From Leucoraja erinacea (taxonomy: Eukaryota): a stretch of DNA of 64,000 nt. Made by a program: the position numbers and the translations under genes. Positions 40,035-52,397 of this stretch are shown one piece after another. The notes under the pieces are model-generated. The model worked only from the letters and a program-made list of their open reading frames with translations. It did not search any database and was not told where the DNA came from. Numbering within the stretch: position 1 is the stretch's first letter; every line of letters begins with the position of its first letter. The DNA lies in assembly GCF_028641065.1 (NCBI RefSeq), contig NC_073385.1:59830001-59894000 (forward strand), read 5' to 3'.

Positions 40035-40897
40035 CAGGGTGACCCGGCAGGGTGGGTGAGTGGGCAGATGCATGGCAGATGTAGTTTAATGTGGATAAAT
40101 GTGAGGTTATCCATTTTGGTGACAAAAACAGGAAGGCAGATTATTATCTGAATGGTGTCAAATTGGGAAAAGGGGAAGTACAACGAGATCTGGGGGTCCT
40201 TGTTCTTTAGTTACTGAAAGTAAGCATGCAGGTCCAGCAGACACTGAAGAAAGCTAATGGCATATTAGTCTTCATAACAAGAGGAGTTGAGTATAGGAAC
40301 AAAGAGGTCCTTCTGCAGTTGTACAGGGCCCTAGTGAGACCACACCTGGGGTATTGTGTGCAGTTTTGGTCTCCAAATTTGAGGAAGGGCATTCTTACTA
40401 TTGATGGAGTGCAGCGTAGGTTTACAGGGTTAATTCCCAGGATCGCAGGACAGTCATGTTGATAGAATGGAGCGGCTGGGCTTGTACACTCTGGAATTTA
40501 GAAGGATGAGTGGGCATCTTATTGAAACGGATGATTAGTAAGGGATTGGACATGCTAGAGGCAGGAAACATGTCCACAATGTTGGGGGAGTCCAGGACCA
40601 GGGGCCACAGTTTAGGAATAAGGGGTAGGCCTTTTAGAACGGAGATGAGGAAAAACGTTTTCACCCTGAAAATTGCAAATCTGTAGAATTCTTTGCCTCA
40701 GAAGGCAGTGGAGGCCAATTCTCTGGATGGTTTCAAGAGAGAGTTAGATAGAATTTAAGATAGCGGAGTCAGGGGATATGGCGAGAAGGCAGGAATGGGG
40801 TACTGATTGTGGATGATCAGCCATGATCACTTTGAATGGCGGTGCTGGCTCGAAGGGCCAAATGGCCTACTCCTGCATCTATTGTCTATCGTCTATT
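40035..40897 (+). mobile_element. CR1 LINE 3' end
   Basis: MQVQQTLKKANGIL..LVRPHLGYCVQFW; (CTATTGT)n tail. Confidence 0.9.
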
Positions 40898-40958
40898 GTA
40901 CAAACTCCATACAGAAGCACCCAAAGTCAGGATCCAACGTAAGTCTCTGGCGCTGTAA

Positions 40959-41142
40959 AGCCCCTGCCCCACTTTCATGACTTAATTGGCGACCTCTGAC
41001 GAGTTTGCCCTTGACTCATACTCGCAGCATGGTCGCCACAAGGTCATAGAAGGTCATAGGAAGTCTTTTACTTCAGCGAGTCATCACGACCTTGACATTT
41101 TTTTCAACTCGTGGATTAGGTCGTCCAAGTGGGACAGGCCCT
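40959..41142. mobile_element. PIF/Harbinger (Tourist-like) MITE
   Basis: TIR AGCCCCTGCCCCACTT / AAGTGGGACAGGCCCT (13/16 match); TAA TSD at 40956-40958 and 41143-41145. Confidence 0.8.
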
Positions 41143-44077
41143 TAAAGCAGCAACTCTACCGCTACTCTACCTAATACCAGATTGGAAACTTTCTACCTAC
41201 ACATACTATCATTTCACTTACACTTTTAATAATGCTGTTTTAAACCATGGACAAAGTGACAGGCTTATTTTGCTCACAAATGGGATATTTATAACTAGTG
41301 GATCTCTTGTCATCCGGACCATCGTGTCGTTTATTTCCTTTGGGTGAACCAGTCACACAAATAAAAGATAAGGAGAATATTTACTGTCGGGTAAAAGCGA
41401 ACTGCTTGAGAACTGCGTGTTTTTTGCCTCTTTGCATACCCTACAATGCATTGCCTTGCTCCGGGGTCAATTATTTCTTTAAGCGGAATGAATGGACACA
41501 GGACCGATGAGCGAAGCAAACTGCAGCACTGTAATAACCGGCAGCACAGAAACAGACTTTTCAGCCCCACTTGTCCATGCTGTCCAAGATGACCATTATG
41601 GCTAATGCCATATACCAACGGTTGGCCCATATTCTCCTAAACCTTTCCTAATCATCTACCTGTCCAAATATATTTTAAACCTTGTAGTTGTATCTGTCTC
41701 TGGCACCGCTCTGGAGATGGTTTCATGTGACCACCACCCTCTGCGTGGAAAAACTTGTCCCTCACAATCCTATAAAATCTTCAAATAAAATCCATGCCCT
41801 CTCTATTCAGATTTTCCTATCCTGGAAAAAGGCCTATGACTTTCTTGGGATGCAAGTGTGCATGTAATTATGCATGTGTGCATCTAATGCAATTATAAGT
41901 TTTTGTGAGCATCCTAGTTGAATGATATCCTATCAAGTTTCTTTATCAATGATATCCTCTTGCTGCTGTGCCTGAGTCATATGACTGTGTGCAGTATAAT
42001 AATCCAGTTTACACATTAGTACATATGATCTTTAATTTATTTTAATTGCACAGTTCTGGAGGAAGATAATCATAATTCTTCATCTCTCCTATTGTTTATT
42101 CCGTCACTGAAAGATTTTTTGTTTGTGACCTTGCTCTATGAACCTGGCAAAACTAAACAAAACACTTTTTTTCTCTTTTTCTCCCTGCACTAATAAAAAT
42201 TTCATGGGTTCTATTCCCCCTCCCCCCGATTTATTTACACTAGGTATGCTATTTGTTATTCATTATCCTTCATGATCCGTTCATGATCAGTTGACAAAAG
42301 AACATTCCATTCTACATCCTGTCAGTGACCTATGGTTCTCACCAGCTATTTCTGCAATTTCAAGCCTCTCCACTTTCTCTGCAATTTAAAGCTTGTATGT
42401 CAAACTTTTCCCAGTTCTAGTGAAAGGTCATTGACTCTCATTTTCTCTCTCTGCAGATATTGCATGAGCATTTCTGCTTTTATTTTATGTTGCAACTGTT
42501 TAGTTTCTTCATTGGCAATGGACAAGAATAAAGTTGAATCCACACAACTGCGCCAATCTGAGGGAGTGAGAAACAGATTGATTAGGCTGTCAGCCACTGA
42601 TCGTGTAGTTGGTGGCTAGGAATGTGTTGCCAGCAGCAAACTTGGATCACTTTCATTAAAGCCGATTCTCAAAGTAATATCCTTATAGGAGAGAGCAAAC
42701 TCTTTTAGTGTTGTACCAAAACACTATAGTAAGGCACTTTGAAAATGTGAGCGACGTTTTATATCTCCGGATCAGCCTCTAAGCAAATTCACGATGACAC
42801 TCACTATTGCTTTCAGTGTGTTGGCAGTTTTCATTTCACTGAGGAAGGGGTGGGGTCTACTTACTTTGGTTATTCCATAATTGTACTAATATTCTTTTGC
42901 ACTAGTCAGTTTTGCACTGCAATCTTGCACCATTCTGCTGTTTAACATTTGTCATATTTAGTGTTGCATATATTATTAACATATATACTGATAATGAGGA
43001 AATGAGGTCACGACTCACTGTTATTGATGGTGCTGTCAACCACATAAAGTTTATTCTTTGACCTTTAGGTGAATAAGGAATTTCATTGCACCCTCGTGTA
43101 TATGTCAAAAACTAACGAATACCCACCCATCCTCAAAACGCTGCAGGCAATTTCTCCTGCATTTGTAGAATGTGCAGCATCTGTCTCTATACTCACACTC
43201 TCACCACCATCCAAGGATCTAGCCGGCTCTTCCAGGTGCAGCAGAGATCCTCTTGCATCTCCTCTAACCTCGTCTTTTCCATTCAGGGCTCTCAATGTGG
43301 CCTTGTCTACATAATGCCCCTGTCCCACTTAGGAAACCTGAATGGAAACCTCTGGAGAATTTGTGCCCCACCCAAGGTTTCCGTGCAGTTCCCGGAAGTT
43401 CTACAAGGCTCTACAAGGCTTCATGCAACACCAGAGAGACAGGGTATATATAAGTGTGAGCGTGGGCAGTCAAGACGTTGAACCGCTCCTGCATACAGTG
43501 GCGTACCTACATTTTGGGGGTACTGAAGCTTGAACTGTTATGTGGGCCCTTTTGCAACCAGCAACGAGGTCTGGGTGACCACTGTCACCTTCTTCAATGG
43601 TGTTGTTCCACGACAGATCACCACACATTATAATTTCTGTCATAAATCTTAATGGTGTTTTAAATATTTTATAATTATTTTATATTAAATATATTTAGAA
43701 TGAAATCTTTAATTTAAACGTTTTTTCATTTACGGCTAGCCTACATGATACTTTAATAACCTTTTAATTTTCATTTTAATTATGATTTTGTATTGATTTA
43801 TATTATTATTAATAATTAAAAAAATGTAAAACCCCTTCTCATACAGTAAATTGACCCAAATGTTTTAAGCATTGTGGACTAAGCATGATATTCACCTCCA
43901 CAAAGTAGGAAGTGTTGGTCGGGGGGTCCAGGGGCAGCGCCCCAGTGGCGGTTCATTTTCAATAAATTGAAAGTGATTTTCAAACTTTCTGCTGGTAGTT
44001 TACATAACAGTAGCTTAGAATTTTTCTAACACATCAGCAGCAAAATAACCCCCAAAAGATATATATTTCATGAAAAT

Positions 44078-44440
44078 AGACAATAGTTGCAGGAGTAGGC
44101 CATTCAGCCGTACGAGCCAGCACCGCCATTCACTGTGATCATGGCTGATCATCCACAATCAGTACCCTATTCCTGCCTTCTCCGTATATCCCCTGACTCC
44201 GCTATCTTTAAGAGCTCTATCTCTCTCTTGAAAGCCTCCAGAGAATTGGCCTCCACTGCCTTCGGAGGCAGAGAATTCCACAAATTCGCAACTTTATGGG
44301 TGAAAAGGTTTTTTCTCATCTACGTTCTAAAAGGCCTACCCCTTATTCTTAAACCGTGGCCCCTGGTTCTGGACTCTCCCAGCATTGGAAACATGCCTCT
44401 AGCGTGTCCTATCCCTTAATAACCTTATATGTTTCAATAA
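44078..44440 (-). mobile_element. CR1 3' end nested in the hAT element
   Basis: Reverse complement of the CR1 3' UTR seen elsewhere in the window. Confidence 0.85.
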
Positions 44441-44682
44441 ATGGACTTGTACAGCTAAAAAAATCGTTACAAAAAATATTACCTGAAATGTCTCTTTGCC
44501 TAGCACTGAGATGAGAAAAAACGTTTTCACCAGTTGTGAATTTGTGGAAATCTCTGCCACAGAAGGCAGTGGTCTTGTCTCCTTCAGCAGCACCTTGGTC
44601 TCCCTTCCTGAGCTCAGACACCCACTTCTCCTCACCTCACCTATGCACACTTCCCCTCACTTAAACACCTACACCTTGACTA

Positions 44683-44870
44683 AGCCCCTCGCCTCACTAA
44701 ACCCCTTGCCTCACTAAACCCCTCGCCTCACTAAACCCCTCACCTCACTAAACCCCTCACCTCACTAAACCCCTCGCCTCGATGATACCTCACTACCAAA
44801 CTTCTCCTCACACCTAAACCTCGCCTCAACTAAACCTCGCACATTAACCCCACCTCAACTTGACTAAACT
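44683..44870. repeat. 17-bp minisatellite (CCCTCGCCTCACTAAAC)n
   Basis: About 5-6 good units, then degenerate; related inverted units at 45115-45200. Confidence 0.85.
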
Positions 44871-46029
44871 ACATCTAATCCGCGCCTTGACTAATTGCCG
44901 CCTCTCTCCCGTTCCTGCAATTTATAGCCCCCCACCCCCTCTGGCCGTTGGCGGCGCCTCACGTGAGCGGAACAGCTCCAACCAGGGGGGCGGGGCCGAG
45001 CACGGAGAGCGGCGCAGGTGCATTGCCCGAGAGAACCAGTGGGAGGGGACGGGTGCACGCAAGCAGGAGTGGAAGAGAGGCGGCGATTAGTCGTGGCGGG
45101 GATTATGTGTGAAGTGGGAGGTTTAGTCGAGGTGAGGTTCAGTGAGTTGACGTTTAAGTGTGAGGTGAGGTTTATTTGAGACGAGAGGTTTAGTCGAGGT
45201 AAAAAATCAGATTAATTTAAAGGAAAAGAAAAAAAAATCAGAATTCCAATTGAAATCGGAAGAATATCTGGACCTATGTCACTTCTGGGGCCCCTCCGGG
45301 ATTAGGGGCCCTGAAGCTTAAGCTTCATTAGTTTCACAGTAGATCCACCTCTGCCTGCATACAGGGGCTGAGTTAACTTGTTTATCTCTACGCTAGGGAA
45401 ATGCTTCACCCTGTTATCTAGAGTGTCGCCATTGTTACAGGGCTGGCGGTAATACATGAGTTAGAAGGAAAACTAAGCCCATATCCGTATGCTTGACTCT
45501 CATGAATTGGAGACATGTGCAACAAGCCCTCCTTGGAATGGACCTCCTCGATCAGTTAAATTCTTCACTGCATTTTGAGAATGGGCAAATTATTTGGTCT
45601 ATCCGGAGGTTGAAGTTGGAGCAATTACAGGAGCACCCCATTACAGGAGCAAATGAAACCAGCAGCGTTTACTGGAAGAGACCTGCTCCTCTCTACCATT
45701 GACTCAGATCTGGGCACACACTTTCCCAGTACTGTGTATGCAAACTCATGAGTATTTACCTGTAGTTTGCATTGCCGCCATCATCCACAGTTCTCTGGTC
45801 TAATTGAATGACGATAGGAGGGAAGGCCAGGCCCACAGGCGCTCCCCATCATGTTATGTATTATAATGCCAATCCAACAACAGGTCGGAGTCCCCTGGAA
45901 GGTATCATCGCTTGTGAAAAGCTGATTGTCATCTTATGAATGATGCTCTTTTGGAATACTGCCTTAGCTTGACAACAGCTGTGGTTAGCAGGGAAGAAGG
46001 AAGTGTAAAAGGGTTACGAGTTGAGATTA

Positions 46030-46570
46030 AATATTGAGATGTTATGTTGCAGTTGCACAAGCCAATTATGAGGTTACACTTGGAATATTGTGCTCAGTGT
46101 TGATCAGCCTGCCATAGGGAAGGTGCCATTAAGTGGGAAGAGTGCAAAGAAGTTTTGGGAAGGTGCTTCTGGGAATTATAGGATCTGAACTATAGGAAAA
46201 GATTGGGCATGCTTGAACAACATTATTCGTTGGAGCTCAGAAACGGGAAGGATGATCTTATAGGGATGTAAAAAATCATGAGGGAATAGATAGGGTGAAT
46301 GCAGAGGTTTTTTTCCCTAATGTAGGGAATTGGTTTAAGGTGGGAGGGGGATGATTTAATAGGAACACAGAGGGTGGCGGGTATATGGAACAAACTGCCA
46401 GAGGAAGTAGTTGATGAAAGTACAACAAAACGATAAAATGCAATTGGACAGGAACATAGCTAGAAAAGATCTAGAGGGAAATGTGCCCAGTCCAGGCAAA
46501 TGGCACAAGCTTGGATGGGGTATCTTGGCTGGCATGGATGAGTAGGCCAAAGAACCTGTTTTCACAATAT
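46030..46570 (+). mobile_element. Old CR1 3' fragment
   Basis: Degenerate cacttggaatattgtg (HLEYC) and atatggaacaaactgccagaggaagtag. Confidence 0.65.
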
Positions 46571-48014
46571 GATTCAAATTCTTCTATATACCTGAAGATG
46601 ATGGGAAATTGGGCTAACTTATTAAAGGTAACTTGAAGATCATGACAAAAAAGGCCAGTGCAGTAGTTAAAGTGGAAAGATACTGAGACTGCAAAATAGG
46701 GTTAATTGCAACAACGATGGCAGAGTTCATTAGAACAGATATAGCTGCGTGTGGGAGTGAGAATGGAGGACAATTCACAGGATAAGTAGTTCTGCAGGCC
46801 CACAAAGAAGGAATCATTTTCGACAAGAATGGCGGGGGGTAACCAGCCCGGTATAAATCAATAACTAATTAAGAACAGGATCTTGATAATTTATTGTGAA
46901 ACTGTAGAATTCATGTGTAACTATCACAATGAGAATGCTATAAAGTACTTGGAGATTTTTAGAAGGACGGGGTATTTTTGAGCTCTCAGGAATGCTCTCC
47001 AGTATTTACTGAAATAAAACCTTAATAAACCAAACTGTTTGAGAAAGTCACCACTGCTATATGACATTTTATTTTTATGTCACTTTAATCTGGCTGTAAT
47101 TACAAGGACAGCTGGGACACACATAAAAGCCAGGTCAAACATAACAATCTCTCTATCAGTTGATGTAGATTTGATGGGCTCAGTGGCCTTATTCTTTGCT
47201 CCGAGACTTCATGACCTTCCCAATACGAGTCGAAGTTTTCTTCACAGTTTAAAAAAATAACCTGCCACAATTTTCTTTCGTCCAAACTGAATGGTCTCAC
47301 ATTTGCATTGATGAACGTTCATTTGCCAAATGTTCCCAATTTGCTCAATCTATTAAAATCTCTCTGTAATTTATAATTTCTGTTTAGAATGCTGCCCATT
47401 TTAATGCAATTAACAGAATTAAAACTATGGCTTCCATCCCATCAATGGGGACACCAGGAAACATTGTCTTCCTCACAGATCCTCACAATGCACACCACGG
47501 CACATAATCTGCCCAGTCGAGTTCCTGATGGTTATTCCTGCTGCCTGTCTCCTGTAGGTCAGCTTGCTTCCCAGTCAGGTCAAAACTTTGCATTTAATTT
47601 TACGGTTTATTTTGCTAAGAATTAGACGGAAACAGCTGATGGGTCTTCTGCAAGAAATGTACCTGAGGAACAGGAACAATAGGATGTATACAAGGGTTAA
47701 GAGCATACCTAGATGAGAGGCAAAGGTGGAAGTAGGTGATTCAGTCCTTCATGCCTTCTCCATCATTTTACTACATCATGGCAGATTTTTTTTTCCCTAA
47801 GTACCATTTTCCTGCATGTTATTTTCTAAATATCTAAAAATCTATCAAACTGCGAACGTTTGGATATAAAGAACCCACAACCCTCTTGCACTGCAAATTC
47901 CAAAGACACACTATACTCCTGGTAAAGGAATCTCCTCTCTCCTCTTTCCTTTATGGCATACAGTTTTTTTTCATATTGACACTCATGCCAGGTACGGAGC
48001 CAGGGGAATCTTCA

Positions 48015-48317
48015 AAGTTTAAGGATAAGGGGGATATCTTTTAGGACCGAGATGAGGAAAGCTTTTTTCACACAGAGAGTGGTGAATCTCTGGAATTCTC
48101 TGCCGCAGAAGGTAGTTGAGGCCAGTTCATTGGCTATATTTAAGAGGGAGTTAGATGTGGCCCTTGTGGCTAAAGGGATCAGGGGGTATGGAGAGAAGGC
48201 AGGAACAGGATACTGAGTTGGATGATCAGCCATGATCATATTGAATGGCGGTGCAGGCTCGAAGGGCCGAATGGCCTACTCCTGCACCTATTTTCTATGT
48301 TTCTATGTTTCTATGTT
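48015..48317 (+). mobile_element. Young CR1 3' end
   Basis: Near-identical to 55180-55470; (TTTCTATG)3 tail. Confidence 0.9.
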
Positions 48318-49119
48318 TCATTTGTGCACCTATTCTGCCATGCCTTTAAGAATTCAAGATATTTCTGTGAGATCATCCATCATTCTTTGAAACCCTATAT
48401 GGTCTGTTTCATCTTCTCATGTCCAGCTGGCTACTAATCAATCTGATGAACCTTCCATGCACTCACTCCACAGAAAGAACATCCTTCCTAAGTAATGGAG
48501 ACATTCCGTGTGCCCATAAATCAGTTTAGAATGCCATTTAATCTTATGCCCTAATATTTTTGCCTTAAAGACCAATATCCACTTTCTTTCTCAATAGCTT
48601 AATGAACCTGCATGCCATCCTCCAGTGCTCCATGTCTAAGGCCACCCAGGCCCCTCTGAGTACCAACATCCCTCAATCACTGCCCATTTAAAAATTACTC
48701 CACTCTTTACTTCTTCTGCAACATTTTCCAATTACATTCCATCTTCCACAACCTCGTTGTTTCATTTAACCAATTTATTCTCCCTGAAGCCTCCCTGCAA
48801 CACCCTCACAAGCAGTAATGTATCACTCACATATATTAAACGTCTCTCTATCCCTCCCCCACCCAAATCGCACTAGCTTCTCATTTTCACTCAACAAACA
48901 GCTAACAATGACCTGTTTCCTTTGTCATCGTTACTTTTTTGCATATCTTTCATTCATTGTTCTTTATCACCCTACATCATTGTCTATATCTCTAATTTCC
49001 CTAATCCCTAACCACTGAAGAAGGGTCTTGACCCATAATGTCACCCATTCCTTCTCTCCAGAGATGCTACCTGTCCCACTGAGTCACTCCTGCTTTTTGT
49101 GTCTATCTTATATTAAACA

Positions 49120-50210
49120 TCAAGTCAAGTCAATTTTATTTCTATAGCACATTTAAAAACAACTCTTGTTGACCAAAGTTCTTTACATTAGTGTAGATAC
49201 TAACTTGCCACAAACAGTGGTACTTAGATCAACAATACATACATAAATACATACAGCGCTCCCTCAGAGGTCCTCAAGAAAGGCTTGAGAGTAGAAATAA
49301 GTTTTAAGTCTAGACTTAAAAGTTGATGGGGGGGCAGTTCTGATGGGAAGAGGGATGCTATTCCATAGTCCAGGTGCTGCAACCGCAAAAGCGCGGTCGC
49401 CTCTGAGCTTATGCCTAGACCGCGGGATGGTCAGTAACCCCAAGTTGGCCGATCTGAGGGACCTGGAAATTATCTGGTGGGAAAGCAGATTTTTGATGTA
49501 CGTGGGGGTGAGCCCGTTAAGGGCTTTGTATACAAAAAGAAGGAACTTGAAATTGATTCGGAACCGCACTGGGAGAGAGGCCAGAATCGGGGTGATGTGG
49601 TCCCTTTCTCGAGTGCCCGTCTCGCTGCAGCATTTTGGACCAATTGCAGGCGGGACAGGGATGATTGGCTGATGCCAGTGTAAAGGGAGTTGCAGTAATC
49701 AAGACGGGAGGAGATAAATGAGTGGATGATCTTTTCGAGATTGTCAAATCGGAGGAAAGGTTTTATTTTTGCTATCGTCTGAAGCTGGAAGAAGCTAGCT
49801 TTTACCACGGCATTGACTTATTTGTCAAATTTCAACGTGGAGTCAAATATCACACCAAGGTTTTTGACGTGAGGTTTGAGTAATGGGGTAAGGCTACCAA
49901 GGCTGCCTGCTATCATTTTGATGGATTCCGAGGGACCGAGTAGGATGACCTCAGACTTACTCTCGTTTAGTTGGAGGAAGTTCTGGGCCATCCAACACTT
50001 TATATCCTGAGGCAGTGGGTAAGACTGAGTAGATTAGATTGTTTGTTGGGTTTGAGGGGGAAGTAGAGTTATGTATCGTCTGCATAGCAGTGGAAGGAAA
50101 TGCCATATATTTGCATGACTTGGCCTAAGGGTAGCATATACAGAGAGAAGAGAATGGGGCCTGGGATGGAGCCTTGTGGAACCCCGCAGCAAAGGCTAGC
50201 TGGGGAGGAG
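49120..50210 (-). mobile_element. L2 LINE 3' part (RT)
   Basis: [70 protein letters not shown]; (TTGAC)n tail. Confidence 0.9.
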
Positions 50211-50336
50211 AAAAAGTTACCTATGTTAAACATGCTGGGGAGGAGAAAGAGCTGGGGAGGAGAAGAGTTACCTATGTTAAACATGCTGGGGAGGAGAAAG
50301 AGCTGGGGAGGAGAAGAGTTAACTATGTTAAACATG
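50198..50336. repeat. 51-bp tandem repeat (~2.7 copies) at the L2 5' junction
   Basis: agctggggaggagaagagttacctatgttaaacatgctggggaggagaaag repeated. Confidence 0.85.
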
Positions 50337-50679
50337 ATCCCATCATCTGAATAACAGATTGCTAACATCCAGCATGAATCCCTAAATCACCCTATCAGTC
50401 ACAGTCCTAACCAATAAACAACTTGTTTATTCTTACTCGCTGTATATGTCCACCAACTCCAGTATTTTCACTTCAATAAAGCAAAACTTTGATAATGTAC
50501 TGAAATCTTTCTTCTAATTTTACTTTTGTACTTATGTACCAGTTTGTGTGAAGAAGCTAGAACGAAGGGAGCGAAGAATTGTTGATGTTACAACAACCCT
50601 ACAGCTCTGAAACTTCTGTGGAAGAACCATTCGAGAAGAGATTTATCTAATCCACCATGTCCTCTGGTCCTCAATTCAC

Positions 50680-51700
50680 CTACTCTGGGCAAGTGACTGC
50701 ATCTACGCGATCTATTCCTCTCATGATTTTATACACCTCTATAAGAACACCCCTCATCCTCCTGTGTGCCAAGGAATAGAGTCCCAGCCTGCTCAACCTC
50801 TCCCTATATCTCAGACCCTCTAGTCCTATCAACATCCTCATAAATCTTCTCTGTACCGTTTCCAACTTGACATCTTTACTATAACATGGTACCCAGAACT
50901 GAACAGAATATTCTAAATGCAGCCTCACCAATGTTTTATACAACTGTAACTTGACCTCCCAACTTCTACACTCAATACTCTGACTGATGAAGGCCAGTGT
51001 ACTAACGACACACCCTAGAGCCCTACCATTCACTGTGTAGGCCCTGCCCACATTAGACTTTCAAAAATGCACCACCTCACATTTCTCAGTATTAAATTCC
51101 ATCAACCATGCCTCAGACAACCTGGCCAATCGATCAAGATCCTACTGCAATTTTTCACAACCATCTTCACTGTCAGCAAAACTACCCACTTTTGTATCAT
51201 CAGTAAACTTGCTAACCTTGGAGTACTGTGTGCAGTTCTAGTTGCCACACTATAAGAATATGTGACTCTGGTGAAGAGCAGATTCACTTGGATGTTGCCT
51301 TGATTGGAGGACTTTAGTTAATGGTAAGACTTTAGAGATTGGATCAGCTGGGCTGGTTATTTCCTGAAGCGAAAGAGGCGGAGAGGTGACATGATAGAAG
51401 TATGTAAGATCACGAGGCATAAATATGGTTATATTCTCAAAAATCTTTTTTTCCCATGGTAGGGGTATCAAAAACAAGATTTAAGGTGAGAGGAAGGAAT
51501 TTTGAAGGACATCTGTGGAGAATGTTATTTACAGAGAACAGAGCATGCTGGCATAGGAGGTGGTGAATCAGCATACATCATTATATTTAGGAAGCATTTA
51601 AACAAACACAAATAGACAAGGCATAGAAGGATACAATATGAATGTGGTCAATTGGTATTAGTGTTGATGGCCAAATGGCTGGCACAGATCTGGTGGGCTA
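50680..51700. mobile_element. Two CR1 fragments (minus 50680-51217, plus ~51218-51700)
   Basis: LVRLHLEYSVQFW on minus; ttggagtactgtgtgcagttc on plus. Confidence 0.75.
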
Positions 51701-52397
51701 TGACTGATATAAGAGGGCCACTAATTAAAAATGGGTGTCATCTACTTAAGACAGATGAAAAGTTAGATGGGGTTGAGGGGAATGTGATATTGACGTTACA
51801 ATCAGGTAAGCCATGATCTTATTAAATTGTGTAGCAAGAATGAGAGGCTGACTGGTCTACACCTACACTGGAGCAGTGTTTGAATGAAGGGTCTGAAGAA
51901 GTGGTGTTGTCCGCAAATGTCACCTATCTATGTCCACAGATGCTGCGTGACCTGTCAAGTTTATGAGAAATTTGTGTTTTGCCAGAGATGGATGAATTAC
52001 TTCTCAGAGAGGACTGGGGCTACAATCCCAAAATTCAGAGAATCTGAGGCTATTTCATTAAAATAAATAAAATTCATAACGGGCTTAAAAGAGTAGGTGT
52101 TAAAAGTGTTTTACCCTGGCTGGGAATTCTACATCTGGGAATCAGAATGTGCGGACGTGGCGTTAAAGGACGAGAAGCCGAAGCAAAGAAGTGGAAGCCA
52201 AATAACCGAATGGAAATGAAGCCGAAACGTTGAATAACCGAAGCGTACGAACCCAAAACGCCAACTAACCGAAAGGGTGGGACGCTTAAAACCCAACTAA
52301 CCGAACGGCTGCATTGCCTAAAAGCAAACTCACCGAATGGCCGCTCAGCCGAAACGCCACCTACCAGTCGGGCCGATGGCAAGTGTGCATGACAACA

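Larger units (their letters stand above)
39825..41165 (-). mobile_element. HE1-like V-SINE split by a CR1 and a Harbinger MITE
   Basis: SINE pieces at 39825-40028, 40897-40958 and 41146-41165 join into one element. Confidence 0.7.
43496..45353. mobile_element. Non-autonomous hAT element (~1.86 kb) with nested CR1 and minisatellite
   Basis: 8-bp TSD CCTGCATA (43488-43495, 45354-45361); imperfect TIR CAGTGGCGTACCTAC / GTAGATCCACCTCTG (11/15 match). Confidence 0.75.

Noticed and set aside
50069-50368. Protein with a 17-aa repeat
   Set aside because: 51-bp tandem duplication at the truncated 5' end of an L2
52157-52360. CRISPR array
   Set aside because: Eukaryotic context, repeats only 5-8 bp and irregular spacing
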